Shown piece by piece: positions 8,972 to 18,824 of a stretch of DNA of 52,216 nt (its first letter is position 1; every line of letters begins with the position of its first letter). The stretch comes from Verrucomicrobiia bacterium. GTDB taxonomy: Bacteria; Verrucomicrobiota; Verrucomicrobiia; Limisphaerales; UBA11358. Position numbers and translations under genes: made by a program. The DNA is taken from the NCBI GenBank assembly GCA_037138135.1, contig JBAXIY010000002.1:1-52216 (forward strand), read 5' to 3'. The notes below the pieces were generated by a model, which saw only the letters and a program-made list of their open reading frames with translations, was not told where the DNA came from and did not search any database.

Positions 8972-11497
8972 TCAGGGCAACGCAGGCGGCGGTGTGGTTG
9001 TCTTCGATTGAATCTTCAACGTGGCCGGGCGCAACTCCGGAGAGGCGGCGGTCAATTGAATCGTGCCGGATTTGTCCGACGATTGCACGATGACTTGGGC
9101 GAGGCCGCAGAAAACCTTCCGCTCTTTCGCCTTGTCCGCTTCGTGGCTGCTGGGGTCGCCGTTGCCGACACCAATGATTTTTCCCGGCCCACTCAATTCA
9201 AACCGGATCAAATTGTCCGCCACCGGCACGACGCGGCCCAGCGCATCAACCACGGAAACAGTTACCACGCTCACGTCCTGTCCGTCGGCGTTGACGGTGG
9301 TGCGGTCGGTGGCGAGTTGGATGGATACTGGCGCGCCGGTGGTTTCCACTTTCGTTTCCGCGATCACCTTGCCGCCAGCGTAACCTTTTGCGCTCAAGAC
9401 GCCCGGAGCATAAATGACCTGCCAGTCGAGATACTGATTCGGCTGCATCGTTTTTTTGCCGAGGCTCTTGCCGTTGAGGAACAACTCCACCTCCTTGAAG
9501 TTGCTGAAGCAGCGCACGAGAATCGTCTGACCTTCCCTGCCCGGCCAATTCCAATGTGGTATGAGATGCAGCACGGGTTTGTCCGTCCACCACGATTGAT
9601 AATAGTAGTAAATGTCCTTGGGGAAACCGCATGTGTCCATGATGCCGAATTGGGAACTGATGCACGGCCATTTGTAGGGCGTCGGCTCGCCTCGATAATC
9701 AAACCCAGTCCAAACGAAAGAGCCGCTCGCCCAAGGTCTCTCAACAAAATCCGGCCACCATCCCCACGGCGCACCACCAGGCTTCTCGTTGGCGTAAGCC
9801 GAAACGTAACCGCGCTCTTTATCGTCCGCGTATATTCCGCGTGTCGTCTTGGTGCTGGCGATTTCGGTGCCCGTAATCTTCTGCGTCGGGAATTTTGCGT
9901 GAAATGGATCCATTTCTTTCTCGTGATAATTGAACCCCTGCACATCAATCACCTTGGAAAAACCGTCGCCATAGCCTCCGTTTTGCGCCACGGTGCAAAG
10001 TCGCGACGGGTCGAGCTCGTGCGCGAGATTTTGCATGGCCGTGACAATCGCTACTGCTTGCGAAGAACTCTCCGGCGTCTGCAGCGGCCGTTCCTCATTG
10101 CCGAGCGACCAGATGAAAATGCTGGGGTGATTCCGGTCACGAAGAATCAGGCTCTTCAATTCGCCGAGCGTGTATTGATTACTGTCCATGCGGCGGTTTT
10201 CGTCCATGACCAGCAAGCCGAGGCGGTCGCAGGCTTCGAGCAATTCCGGCGTGGGCGGATTGTGCGAGGTGCGATAGGCGTTGCCGCCCATTTCCTTCAA
10301 TTTCGCGACGCGCCAGTATTGCAGCGCATCGGGAATCGCACTGCCGACGCCCGCGTGATCCTGATGATTGCAAGTGCCCTTGATGGTGTAAGGCTTGCCG
10401 TTCAGCGATAATCCATTCTTGACGTCGAACGCAACGGTGCGGATGCCGAATTCGGTCTCCACGCGGTCAACCATCTTGCCGCCGCTCTCAACGGTCGTGA
10501 TGAGTTTGTAGAGCTTGGGCGATTCGGGAGACCAAAGCTGGGGCGTTTGAACCGCACATTTCAACTGCTGCTCCGCTGGCGAGGTCAATGCGCCCATAAC
10601 CTTGCAGACTGATTTTCCATCGGGATCGACGATATCAAAAGACATTTTGGCCGCTGCATTTTGCGGGTTCACCAGACTTGCTTGGATGTGAATCTCCGCC
10701 TCGCCCTGCGGCACGTTGTTGGGAAAACTGCTCCACACAAAAATCCCGTCCGGCGCGACGTGAACCGGACCTGCTTTCACCAGCCAAACATGACGGTAGA
10801 TCCCAGCGCCTTCATAGAACCAGCCTTCACCCTGCGACGCATCCACGCGCACGATGAGTTGATTCTCGCCGCCGAAGTTCGCGAACTGGCTGATGTCGTA
10901 GCGGAAACCGGTGTAGCCGCTCAAATGACGTCCCAAGCAATGGCCGTTGAGCCAAACGAGTGAATTGCGGAACACGCCGTCGAATTCCAGCCAGAGAATC
11001 TTGCCCTTGTCGGCAGCGGGCAAATCAAAGTGACGCCGATACCAGCCGATATTGTTCCCATTAGACTTCTTACCGACCGGCTTGAACCCGTGTTTCACGT
11101 CGGCGTTTTCATCGAAGGGCAATTCCACCGCCCAATCGTGCGGCAAATCCAGTTGACGCCATCGGCGGTCATCGAACTTCGGCTGAACGAATGAAATGTC
11201 AGCGCCAAGATTTTTTGTAACAGCCTCGGAAAGGTCCGCGAGTTCACCCTCTTTGCCGATGTCCTCGATTTGTGTTTTGGCAAGATTTCGGACTTCGGGA
11301 TAATCAAGCTTCGCGCCCGCGTCCGGCGCGTCGCCGAGATGAAATTTCCAATTAAAATCCATCAACAATTTTTCTCGTCCGTATTCGCCCTGAACCCGCG
11401 CCGCAGCCGATGAATCCCCCGGTGCGCTGCTTGCGTTGGATGAAATAAATAGGGCGAGCAACGCCGCGAGTGCCGTCGTGAAAAATGTTTTGTTCAT
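8972..11497 (-). CDS. Glycoside hydrolase family 2 (beta-galactosidase-like)
   Basis: Signal peptide [27 protein letters not shown]2 N-terminal motifs are [26 protein letters not shown] and [10 protein letters not shown]. The acid/base region is [17 protein letters not shown] and the nucleophile region is [13 protein letters not shown]-terminal Ig-like domains are present ([15 protein letters not shown]...[11 protein letters not shown]). Confidence 0.9.
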   Translation of the reverse strand: MNKTFFTTALAALLALFISSNASSAPGDSSAAARVQGEYGREKLLMDFNWKFHLGDAPDAGAKLDYPEVRNLAKTQIEDIGKEGELADLSEAVTKNLGADISFVQPKFDDRRWRQLDLPHDWAVELPFDENADVKHGFKPVGKKSNGNNIGWYRRHFDLPAADKGKILWLEFDGVFRNSLVWLNGHCLGRHLSGYTGFRYDISQFANFGGENQLIVRVDASQGEGWFYEGAGIYRHVWLVKAGPVHVAPDGIFVWSSFPNNVPQGEAEIHIQASLVNPQNAAAKMSFDIVDPDGKSVCKVMGALTSPAEQQLKCAVQTPQLWSPESPKLYKLITTVESGGKMVDRVETEFGIRTVAFDVKNGLSLNGKPYTIKGTCNHQDHAGVGSAIPDALQYWRVAKLKEMGGNAYRTSHNPPTPELLEACDRLGLLVMDENRRMDSNQYTLGELKSLILRDRNHPSIFIWSLGNEERPLQTPESSSQAVAIVTAMQNLAHELDPSRLCTVAQNGGYGDGFSKVIDVQGFNYHEKEMDPFHAKFPTQKITGTEIASTKTTRGIYADDKERGYVSAYANEKPGGAPWGWWPDFVERPWASGSFVWTGFDYRGEPTPYKWPCISSQFGIMDTCGFPKDIYYYYQSWWTDKPVLHLIPHWNWPGREGQTILVRCFSNFKEVELFLNGKSLGKKTMQPNQYLDWQVIYAPGVLSAKGYAGGKVIAETKVETTGAPVSIQLATDRTTVNADGQDVSVVTVSVVDALGRVVPVADNLIRFELSGPGKIIGVGNGDPSSHEADKAKERKVFCGLAQVIVQSSDKSGTIQLTAASPELRPATLKIQSKTTTPPPALP

Positions 11498-11512
11498 GTT
11501 ATGTTCCTTTTG

Positions 11513-13579
11513 TTAGTTGATTTTGATGACGCGGGTCATGTCCTTTTCCATCGGAACGGTGAGCTTCCAGCCTTTGGGACTTGGGGTCACCTTCATCGGG
11601 GTGTTCGCGACCATTTCACTGAACGAGGGCTTTTCCTTCAACCCAAGTTTGGCAGCATCGATTTCGATCTCGACCGAGGCGGGTGGTTCTGGCCCCCAGA
11701 CGGTCAGATAGATAGTTTCGCCGCAGCCGAAGCGCTGCAGCTGAACCGCAGGGGAATTAACCGTGGCATAGGTGACCGGCTCCCAGCCCGCGAGGCGGAT
11801 GGCGAGGTTGGCGGGTTCATATTTGTCCCACAGCGCCTTGTGCTCCGGCTTGGTATACCACGAATAATCCTTGTCATAGCCAGGATGCCCGGGCGGGTAA
11901 AAATATTGCACCTGCACCGGGCAGGCAAAACCGTAGGCCGTGGTTTTCGCGAGCGCGTTCTTGATGACGTCCAACGTCGGGGGCTCCTCGTGCGCCACAA
12001 TGTTTCCAGAAGAGATCCGATAAGATTTGCGCCCCACCTCCATGCGCTCGAAATCGAATCCGCCGAGTCCGATCGGCTTGAAACTGCCCTCCTGCCAGCC
12101 GCCAGCCACCACCGCGGCGAGGAAGAACATCCCGCTTCGCTCCTGGCCCGCCGGCTTATTCGGAATTTTGCCCCAGCTGTAATCCTTCATGCCGGCCGCC
12201 TCATGAAACAAGCCACCCTTCTGGAGCAGCAGCCGGTAGGCGTCAAACAACTCGTAGTTCGAAAACTGGGTTTGGATGCAGGGGCGGCCCTGCTGATCGA
12301 AAGTGAGGGGATGGTCTACGTAGGAAAAATGCTCGCGTCGGTAGTTGAGAAAGTTGCTCCAGCCCCCGAGGCGATCCCAGTGAATGCCGAGAAAATTTCC
12401 GACCTTCCGGAGGTCATCGGCCTTGCGCAGATACATATCGGCGTAAACCGGAGCATGCGGAGTTTTATCCGCAAACAGGTCGGGATCGCAGTTGTGCGGA
12501 AAATCAACGCCGCCATCCGACGACTTAAAAAAGCCGAATGATCCGTCCGGGTTGTAACAGAGACTGTTGATGAGGGCGGATCGTCCTTCGACCAGCAGCG
12601 GAGAGTTGGCGGCCCCCTTTTTCTCGTAATGCTGAATTGTATCGGTCTTGGCAATCGCATCGAGGAACTGCGCATTCGTCTTGATCCCTTTCGCATTTTT
12701 CAATCCCTGGATGCGGGCGGAGGTTTTGGTGTAGGCCAAATACTCTTTCACGTTGGGATCAATCTGGCGGTCGGTCTTAAATTCATCTTTCACATAATTC
12801 ATGTTGATCCAATCATGGTGATGACCAAGGAAAGTCATGACCTTTGGCTCGATGTGGTAGTATTCAGGATACCAGTCAAAGTATTTCGCCAGCGCGTCGC
12901 GGAAGCCCCACGCGCCATCAATGGAGTAGATGCGGAAACGGAACGGCGCCTTCGAGGGGAATTTCGTCGTGGCCGGCGACAGGCCGAAAGCCATCTGAAT
13001 ACGGACGCCCTTGGCATCGGCTCCCAACTCGAACACGCACGGATCTGTCGGTGGAATGCACAGCGCGATTCCACCTTTGTCAGTCCACACGGCGGGAATC
13101 GGCACCAGATTATTGCCTTCCGCATAGGCGGGACTTTCCTTGCTGATAACCGGGCTGGTGCTAAGAGTTTGACCCCATTTCCAGCCCGTCGTATTCACTG
13201 GCACATTAAAGCCCAGCCACAAGCCGCGATCCTTGCCCGTGAGATCTTCCAGTTCCCCCGTCACCTCGATAAAACCCTGCCCCTCGGTAATCACCGCCTG
13301 CACCTTGGCCTGGAGCAGGCTCGTCAGTGTCATGTGGAGTTTGCCGTCTTTGGAAACGGCGCTTCCAGTCAGGGAAATTTTTTGGGCGCTGTTCGGCTCC
13401 CGCAAATAAAAACCACCCGCGGTCCCCTGCGGCAGCTTTGCGCCGCTCATTGCGACACCGGAAATATTTCCGTTGTCCCCCAATTCCAGCGTCAGTCCCG
13501 CCCGATCCGATAGCGTTGCCGCCGGCACGGATGCGGTGAGTAGGAATACTCCAGCTAAACTCAAAGTTATGTTTTTCAT
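11513..13579 (-). CDS. Secreted protein of an unassigned family (stand-alone homologue of the N-terminal 700 aa of 24684..28874); candidate novel carbohydrate-active enzyme
   Basis: Signal peptide MKNITLSLAGVFLLTASVPA. There are long conserved blocks with 24684..28874 (RGLWLGFNVPVNT, IPIPAVWT, PPTDPCVFEL, FRFRIYSIDG.WGFRDALAKY, TQFSNYELFDAYRLL, AIRLAGWEPVT, GWKLTVPM..DMTRVI). I recognised no motif of a described family. The start overlaps the upstream stop in an ATGA (13576..13579). Confidence 0.7.
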   Translation of the reverse strand: MKNITLSLAGVFLLTASVPAATLSDRAGLTLELGDNGNISGVAMSGAKLPQGTAGGFYLREPNSAQKISLTGSAVSKDGKLHMTLTSLLQAKVQAVITEGQGFIEVTGELEDLTGKDRGLWLGFNVPVNTTGWKWGQTLSTSPVISKESPAYAEGNNLVPIPAVWTDKGGIALCIPPTDPCVFELGADAKGVRIQMAFGLSPATTKFPSKAPFRFRIYSIDGAWGFRDALAKYFDWYPEYYHIEPKVMTFLGHHHDWINMNYVKDEFKTDRQIDPNVKEYLAYTKTSARIQGLKNAKGIKTNAQFLDAIAKTDTIQHYEKKGAANSPLLVEGRSALINSLCYNPDGSFGFFKSSDGGVDFPHNCDPDLFADKTPHAPVYADMYLRKADDLRKVGNFLGIHWDRLGGWSNFLNYRREHFSYVDHPLTFDQQGRPCIQTQFSNYELFDAYRLLLQKGGLFHEAAGMKDYSWGKIPNKPAGQERSGMFFLAAVVAGGWQEGSFKPIGLGGFDFERMEVGRKSYRISSGNIVAHEEPPTLDVIKNALAKTTAYGFACPVQVQYFYPPGHPGYDKDYSWYTKPEHKALWDKYEPANLAIRLAGWEPVTYATVNSPAVQLQRFGCGETIYLTVWGPEPPASVEIEIDAAKLGLKEKPSFSEMVANTPMKVTPSPKGWKLTVPMEKDMTRVIKIN

Positions 13580-15360
13580 TTTATCCGACTACTGAGACTT
13601 GCTGCGGATAGCGCCTCCGCCGCCCCACGCTGAACTTCGATGAGATGGAAGATTTTGTCTTTGTCGTCCAGATTCACCAACGCAATGTCGGCACCGCGCG
13701 GACCATTATGGTTCATCACGGCGTCCGTAATCGTGAACGTCTCTTCCCGCCAACGGTTCGTCCCCGTTCCTGTAAAGGTTTTGGCGGAGTTGAAGTTTCC
13801 TTTGCCGGCGTCATACGAGAAACCCCAGGATCCGGTCGTGTTGTCATACCACACCACCCGGAAGGTCAGCGGGCCGGTTGGGTTGCCGTCTTGCTTGAAG
13901 AAGTCTTTGTGGAACCCGAAGTAGAGCGCATCCTTGCCCGTCTTGTGTTCAAATGCTCGCGCATAACGGCCGTAGGGCTGATCTGACGGTCCGACCCTCC
14001 ACAATCCGACACTGGTTTTATTCACATCTATCTGAGTGATAAAGCGTCCATAGTTTCTGGCGATCAGCCCGAATCCGACATCGTTCATTGCCTTGGCCTG
14101 TAGAAGATAGGCAGCTCCCTTGAGGGAGGTAGCTGCATCAAGATCGCCCACTTTGGCCCCGTATTTATTAAATTCGGACTCAATTTTTTTTACCCGTTCC
14201 ACATTGCTCTGCACTGCCTTCCCATAGGTATCTTCCGGGAAACGCACGGTATCGGACGCATCGAGCACATCGCGAAGGGCGATAAAAGCATAGGGGCTCG
14301 TCTGTGGCCGCTTGTAGTAGGAATAGCGATTGGCGAACGCGAATCCCTCATCGTATTTCCCCGTCTTTATCGTGGCGTAATCCACCTCCCACAGATCGAG
14401 TCCTCGATCCACCGTGGAAATGGCGGTCCAGTAATAATTCCATATCGGATTCTCTTTAAAAATCCCGCTGTCTGCAAACTTTGAAAACTCACCGCGCACA
14501 AATTCAGGATCCTTGCCATTCAGTCCAAAAAAAGTTGGGCGCAGTTGTATGTCCTGCGTTATTTCTCCATTGGCCTGATAACCTACCGCAATGGTGAATT
14601 GCTGCTTGCGCAGGTCGATCGTGTAGCTCTTGCGAAGCCAATTGGCATAAAGCTGTTCCCCTAATCCCCCTTCACCTTTTGTTTTTACCTGTTCCCCCGG
14701 TTCGCTCTCGTCATCCACATTAAACAGAAACTTGATTTGCTTAAGTTCTGGTCTGTTGAAGGCATCATAGAACCGGATCGTGGCTCCGCTGCAGAAATCA
14801 AGATACTGCTGGGCGCTGATTTTGTATTTAGGGTCTTTAGGAGTGCCTTTGTAGAGCTGCCTGTCTCCAGTCGAACCGAAGGCAGGCTGTATAAATGCAA
14901 AAGTGTTTCTCTCCGCCTCCGGGAGAGATGCGATGTGGTCCGCCAGCTTGCCAATAAAGCGGTGGAAGAATTTGATATAGTTCGGATCGAGGTAGTAGGG
15001 AAAGGAATCTTTTCCTTTGCTTCCGCTGCAGGCAACTTTTGGCACCCCATTCTCGTAGATCCATTCGGGTGAATGAGGCCCCGTCCATAAGACGAAATAG
15101 TAGCGATATCCGCCTTTTGCGGCATTGCGGATTTGGGCATCCATTTTCGACCATTCATACACGCCCGGTTTGGGCTCCATTTCTCCCCACTGGACTCGAT
15201 CAGCGTGACCCTTGATATAGGGAAATTTATTGGTGTCGATTTCTCCATTCGGTCTGCTGGCGTAGAATCCCGCCCAAGACGGGCGCTCGATGGCGTGTGA
15301 AGAGAGGCTGCCAAGAAGCAGCGCGAGCATCATTGTGTGTTTCTTCAATCTAGTGTTCAT
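13576..15360 (-). CDS. Secreted GH-A-like barrel + beta-sandwich protein (paralogue of 2404..4299)
   Basis: Signal peptide MNTRLKKHTMMLALLLGSLSSHA. Motifs: WGEMEPKPGVYEWSKMDAQI, WTGPHSPEWIY and IQPAFGSTGDRQLYKG. C-terminal domain FEHKTGKDALYFGFHKDFF...IEVQRG. ATGA overlaps occur at both ends. Confidence 0.55.
   Translation of the reverse strand: MNTRLKKHTMMLALLLGSLSSHAIERPSWAGFYASRPNGEIDTNKFPYIKGHADRVQWGEMEPKPGVYEWSKMDAQIRNAAKGGYRYYFVLWTGPHSPEWIYENGVPKVACSGSKGKDSFPYYLDPNYIKFFHRFIGKLADHIASLPEAERNTFAFIQPAFGSTGDRQLYKGTPKDPKYKISAQQYLDFCSGATIRFYDAFNRPELKQIKFLFNVDDESEPGEQVKTKGEGGLGEQLYANWLRKSYTIDLRKQQFTIAVGYQANGEITQDIQLRPTFFGLNGKDPEFVRGEFSKFADSGIFKENPIWNYYWTAISTVDRGLDLWEVDYATIKTGKYDEGFAFANRYSYYKRPQTSPYAFIALRDVLDASDTVRFPEDTYGKAVQSNVERVKKIESEFNKYGAKVGDLDAATSLKGAAYLLQAKAMNDVGFGLIARNYGRFITQIDVNKTSVGLWRVGPSDQPYGRYARAFEHKTGKDALYFGFHKDFFKQDGNPTGPLTFRVVWYDNTTGSWGFSYDAGKGNFNSAKTFTGTGTNRWREETFTITDAVMNHNGPRGADIALVNLDDKDKIFHLIEVQRGAAEALSAASLSSRIK
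13624..13953 (-). repeat. Copy 1 of a homogenised tract of about 330 bp (C-terminal domain of 13576..15360)
   Basis: It aligns with 15417..15746 at an offset of 1793 nt. Roughly nine of ten positions are identical by eye, including long runs identical at synonymous sites. The remainder of the two genes is far more diverged. Confidence 0.8.
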
Positions 15361-17147
15361 TTGGCGTCCGGGGTGGCTGGCTGAATCTTGCTGGCGGCGG
15401 ACTGCGAGGCAGCACCCCCTCGTTGGACTTCGATGAGATGGAAGATTTTATCTTTGTCGTCCAGATTGACCAACGCAATATCGGCGCCGCGCGGACCATT
15501 ATGGTTCATCACCGCGTCCGTAATCGTGAACGTCTCTTCCCGCCAACGGTTCGTTCCCGTCCCCGTAAAGGTCTTGGCAGATTTGAAGTTTCCTTTTCCG
15601 GCATCATACGAGAAACCCCAGGACCCTGTGGTATTGTCATACCAAACAATGCGGAAGGTCAGCGGGCCGGTTGGCTTGCCGTCCTGCTTGAAGAAGTCTT
15701 TGTGGAAGCCGAAGTAGAGCGCGTCCTTGCCGGTCTTGTGCTCAAAGCCCCGCGCAAATTTTCCGTAAGGCTGATCCTTCGGTCCGAGATTCCACCAGCC
15801 AACGCTGGTTTCCAGTTTGTTGATGGGGTAGAGAAACCGGCAATAGTCCTCGTCGATGCGGTCCCAGGCCACATCGTTGTAGCCGGAGCGGTTGCCGCTT
15901 TTGTGACCGGCGGCAAGGGCGCTGTTCAAGTCCTGAACCACGGTGCCGTGACCGGCAAATTCCGCGCAGATCTTGAGCACGCGGTCGGTGTTCTTCTTGT
16001 TGGCGGCTCCATATTTCGCCTCAGGGAAGCGAACGGTGTCGTCCGCATTCAACTCGTCGCGCAAGGCGCAGAAGGCCACTGGTGACTTGGACGGATATTT
16101 CTGGCCGGCGTATTTATTGAAGATGTCCAGCGACTGACGCCACATGGGATCCTCGACCACCTTCTCCGGCAGATTCCAGATATCCAGGCCGTTTTGCAGG
16201 CAACCCAGCGCGGTCCAATACATGTTCTGCTGCGGGTCCTGCATGAACCACTTGGAACCAGTCATCGTCTCGCCCTCTCCGCGGGAAAAAACGGGGCGCC
16301 CAGCGGGACTGTCCGGCGTCATCCACTGCTTGTAGCCGTTGAATTTGGAGCGCTCAGTGTTGCTGCCGTAGCCGTGCGACGGCACACCCTGTTTCAACAC
16401 AATGCCGGGATATTCCGCCACGCCCCAAGCCACGTCATCGGCATCGCAGTGAATCAACAGCGCCATGGGTGGCTTGCCGTCCATGGGCTTGGAAAAGGCG
16501 TCGATCGTGAAACGGCGAATGTATTTCTGGTAATCCGCCCACTCCTCCCGGGTCACCTTGTAGCGGGAATCGGTGGGTTCACCCTTGTAGCAGAAGCCGT
16601 CACCGGTCGAGCCTTCGACCACCTGATGGAAGATGACGCGTTTGAACAACTCCGGCGGCAAGCTGCGCAGATGCTCGGCCAGCCTGGTGATGATCCGTTC
16701 TGAGTAGAATTTGTATTTCTTGTCCATCGGATAGGCTTGGATGCCGAAATTGGGATCCGACTTGAAGGTATCAATAATCACCTTGGGCACGCCCTTGTCG
16801 TAGAGCCACTGGGGCTCGGTGGGATTGATCCAGAGTAGGGTGAAAACATACTTGTTGTTCGCCGCCACCTTTTTGATCATGTCATCAAACAAATCCCAGT
16901 TATAGACTCCATCCTCCGGCTCCAGCTTATCCCAGCCCACCACGATCGGAATGCCTCGGAGCCCGGCGTAGGTTTCATCTGCGGTGATCTTGCCGTTCCA
17001 CTGGTTCGGCGTGCCTCCCCAGGAATACCAGCACCACACCCCGCACGCGTCCGGCGGCAACACACCCAAGGGCACCTTTTCGGTTTCCGCTGCCCGACCG
17101 CTGACGCACAGCAGCAGACTTAGTAGTAGAACGCTTGTATTTTTCAT
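15357..17147 (-). CDS. Secreted GH-A-like barrel + beta-sandwich protein (tandem paralogue of 13576..15360)
   Basis: Signal peptide MKNTSVLLLSLLLCVSGRAAE. Motifs: WDKLEPEDGVYNWDLFDDMI, INPTEPQWLY and HQVVEGSTGDGFCYKG. The C-terminal 110 aa are nearly identical to the neighbour. Confidence 0.55.
   Translation of the reverse strand: MKNTSVLLLSLLLCVSGRAAETEKVPLGVLPPDACGVWCWYSWGGTPNQWNGKITADETYAGLRGIPIVVGWDKLEPEDGVYNWDLFDDMIKKVAANNKYVFTLLWINPTEPQWLYDKGVPKVIIDTFKSDPNFGIQAYPMDKKYKFYSERIITRLAEHLRSLPPELFKRVIFHQVVEGSTGDGFCYKGEPTDSRYKVTREEWADYQKYIRRFTIDAFSKPMDGKPPMALLIHCDADDVAWGVAEYPGIVLKQGVPSHGYGSNTERSKFNGYKQWMTPDSPAGRPVFSRGEGETMTGSKWFMQDPQQNMYWTALGCLQNGLDIWNLPEKVVEDPMWRQSLDIFNKYAGQKYPSKSPVAFCALRDELNADDTVRFPEAKYGAANKKNTDRVLKICAEFAGHGTVVQDLNSALAAGHKSGNRSGYNDVAWDRIDEDYCRFLYPINKLETSVGWWNLGPKDQPYGKFARGFEHKTGKDALYFGFHKDFFKQDGKPTGPLTFRIVWYDNTTGSWGFSYDAGKGNFKSAKTFTGTGTNRWREETFTITDAVMNHNGPRGADIALVNLDDKDKIFHLIEVQRGGAASQSAASKIQPATPDAK
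15417..15746 (-). repeat. Copy 2 of the homogenised tract of about 330 bp (C-terminal domain of 15357..17147)
   Basis: See copy 1. Confidence 0.8.
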
Positions 17148-17187
17148 ATTAACAATTCCTTACCGTGTTCGAAGGCTGGCGCTCCGG

Positions 17188-18795
17188 TCATTCGTCCGCT
17201 TTCTCCTTGGGAGGCGTGCCCGTCCACTCATTGCCCGTGCAATCCTTCCACCAGGCCTGCCATTGGGCATTCATCTTCGCAACCAGATCGGGTCGTTTCG
17301 TCGAGAGGTCGTGCATCTCATTGCGATCGGCGGCCATGTCATAAAGTTCCCAGGTCGGACTGTTGCGCACGATTTTCCACTGCCCATCGCGCATCGCCGC
17401 GCCTTTGGTGAACTGAAAAAACAACGGGCTCTGGCGCGCGATCGTTTCGCCTTTGAATGCGGGCAATAGGCTCACGCCGTCCAGCGGGTGAATATTGGCT
17501 TGCTTCGATTCACCGGGAAATTTCGCGCCGGAGACGGCGAGCACCGTGGGCATGATGTCAATGAGGTGGGCGGGTTCGCGGTTCCAACCGGTCTGTGGTT
17601 TGATGCCCGCCGGCCAGTGAACCACGAGTGGCGTGTTAATCCCGCCCTCGAAACTGTCGGTTTTCCATTTGCGCAAGGGCGTGTTGCAAACCGTCGCCCA
17701 GTTTTGACCGTAACTCACGAAACTCGCCACGCTGCCCATCGGCGCATTGGGATCTTCATTATCCACCTTCGGCCCCTCCGTGCAGGCACCGTTATCGGAG
17801 AGAAACATGATGAGGGTGTTGTCGAGTTTGCCCTGCTCCTCCAATTTCTTGATCAGCCGACCAATGTTCTGGTCCACGCGATCAACCATCGCGGCATAGA
17901 TCTCCATGCACATCGCTACTTTCTGGCTTTCGTCTCCCGAAGGTTCGGCTTCTTTGGATTTCTTCCGCTTCGCCTTCCGATCTTCCTCCATCGGCGGCAG
18001 CGGCGTGGTCTTCGGGTCCACCAAACCCATCGCCACTTGGCGTTTGTAGCGGGCCTGGCGCACGGCTTCGTAGCCGCCGTCATAGACGCCCTTGTATTTG
18101 GCGATGTCTTCCGGCCACGCCTGCAACGGCCAGTGGGGAGCCGTGTAGGCCATGTAGAGCAGGAACGGCTTTTCATCTTTCTTGGAATCATCCAGCCACT
18201 TCAACGCGCGGTCGGTAAATGCGTCGGTGTCGTAGAATTGGGGATCCTTGGGAGTAAATCTTTTCATCTCAACGGCGTCGTCCGCCCAGGTGGCACCCTT
18301 GCCTTTGGAAGCGGGAGCCGGTAGCCCCGGAGCGGCGGGTTTGTCCCCTGGATTAAAATGATTTTCCGCGCCGCCGATCATCCCATAATAGTGCTCATAA
18401 CCGCGCGTAAACGGATTGAAGTGCGCATGATTTTTACCTGCCCACCAGGTGTGGTAACCGACCGGTTGCAGCACCTCGCCGAGCGTCGCGGTCTTCGAAA
18501 AATCCAGATCCGTCCGCTGATAGTAAACTCCGGTCTGCAAACTGGCGCGGGTGGGATAACACTTGGCCGTGTTATACATTTCGGTAAATTTCATCCCGCC
18601 CGCGGCGAGTCGGTCAATGTTCGGCGTTTTTATCTCACTGCCAAAACAACCGATGTCCGAATAACCCATGTCATCCACCAGGATAATCAGGATGTTGGGT
18701 TTGGCTGTGGCCTTCGCAGGTTCAGCGGCCCGGAGCACGGCTGGCGTAGCGAGCAAGAGCACGACAAGGGTGATGATTCTTTGCGATATGTTCAT
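17188..18795 (-). CDS. S1 (Cys-type) sulfatase
   Basis: Signal peptide MNISQRIITLVVLLLATPAVLRAAEP. Motifs: NILIILVDDMGYSDIGCFG and CYPTRASLQTG. An internal Lys-rich insert is present (EEDRKAKRKKSKEAEP). Close paralogue of 21627..23237. Confidence 0.9.
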   Translation of the reverse strand: MNISQRIITLVVLLLATPAVLRAAEPAKATAKPNILIILVDDMGYSDIGCFGSEIKTPNIDRLAAGGMKFTEMYNTAKCYPTRASLQTGVYYQRTDLDFSKTATLGEVLQPVGYHTWWAGKNHAHFNPFTRGYEHYYGMIGGAENHFNPGDKPAAPGLPAPASKGKGATWADDAVEMKRFTPKDPQFYDTDAFTDRALKWLDDSKKDEKPFLLYMAYTAPHWPLQAWPEDIAKYKGVYDGGYEAVRQARYKRQVAMGLVDPKTTPLPPMEEDRKAKRKKSKEAEPSGDESQKVAMCMEIYAAMVDRVDQNIGRLIKKLEEQGKLDNTLIMFLSDNGACTEGPKVDNEDPNAPMGSVASFVSYGQNWATVCNTPLRKWKTDSFEGGINTPLVVHWPAGIKPQTGWNREPAHLIDIMPTVLAVSGAKFPGESKQANIHPLDGVSLLPAFKGETIARQSPLFFQFTKGAAMRDGQWKIVRNSPTWELYDMAADRNEMHDLSTKRPDLVAKMNAQWQAWWKDCTGNEWTGTPPKEKADE

Positions 18796-18824
18796 TTCGT
18801 TTTCTCCGATCAGAGACTAAGGAG

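Noticed and set aside
8846-10411. 521-aa plus-strand ORF. Similar long plus-strand ORFs lie at 2821..4224, 15423..16085, 17488..18324, 19086..20024, 20610..21497, 22005..22928, 27141..28097, 38791..39693, 40339..41523 and 45082..46620.
   Set aside because: All lie antisense to minus-strand genes that carry strong family motifs. They are Arg/Gly/Ala-rich with no signal peptide or recognisable motif. Identical shadow ORFs appear in the repeat copies. This is typical of shadow ORFs in GC-rich DNA.
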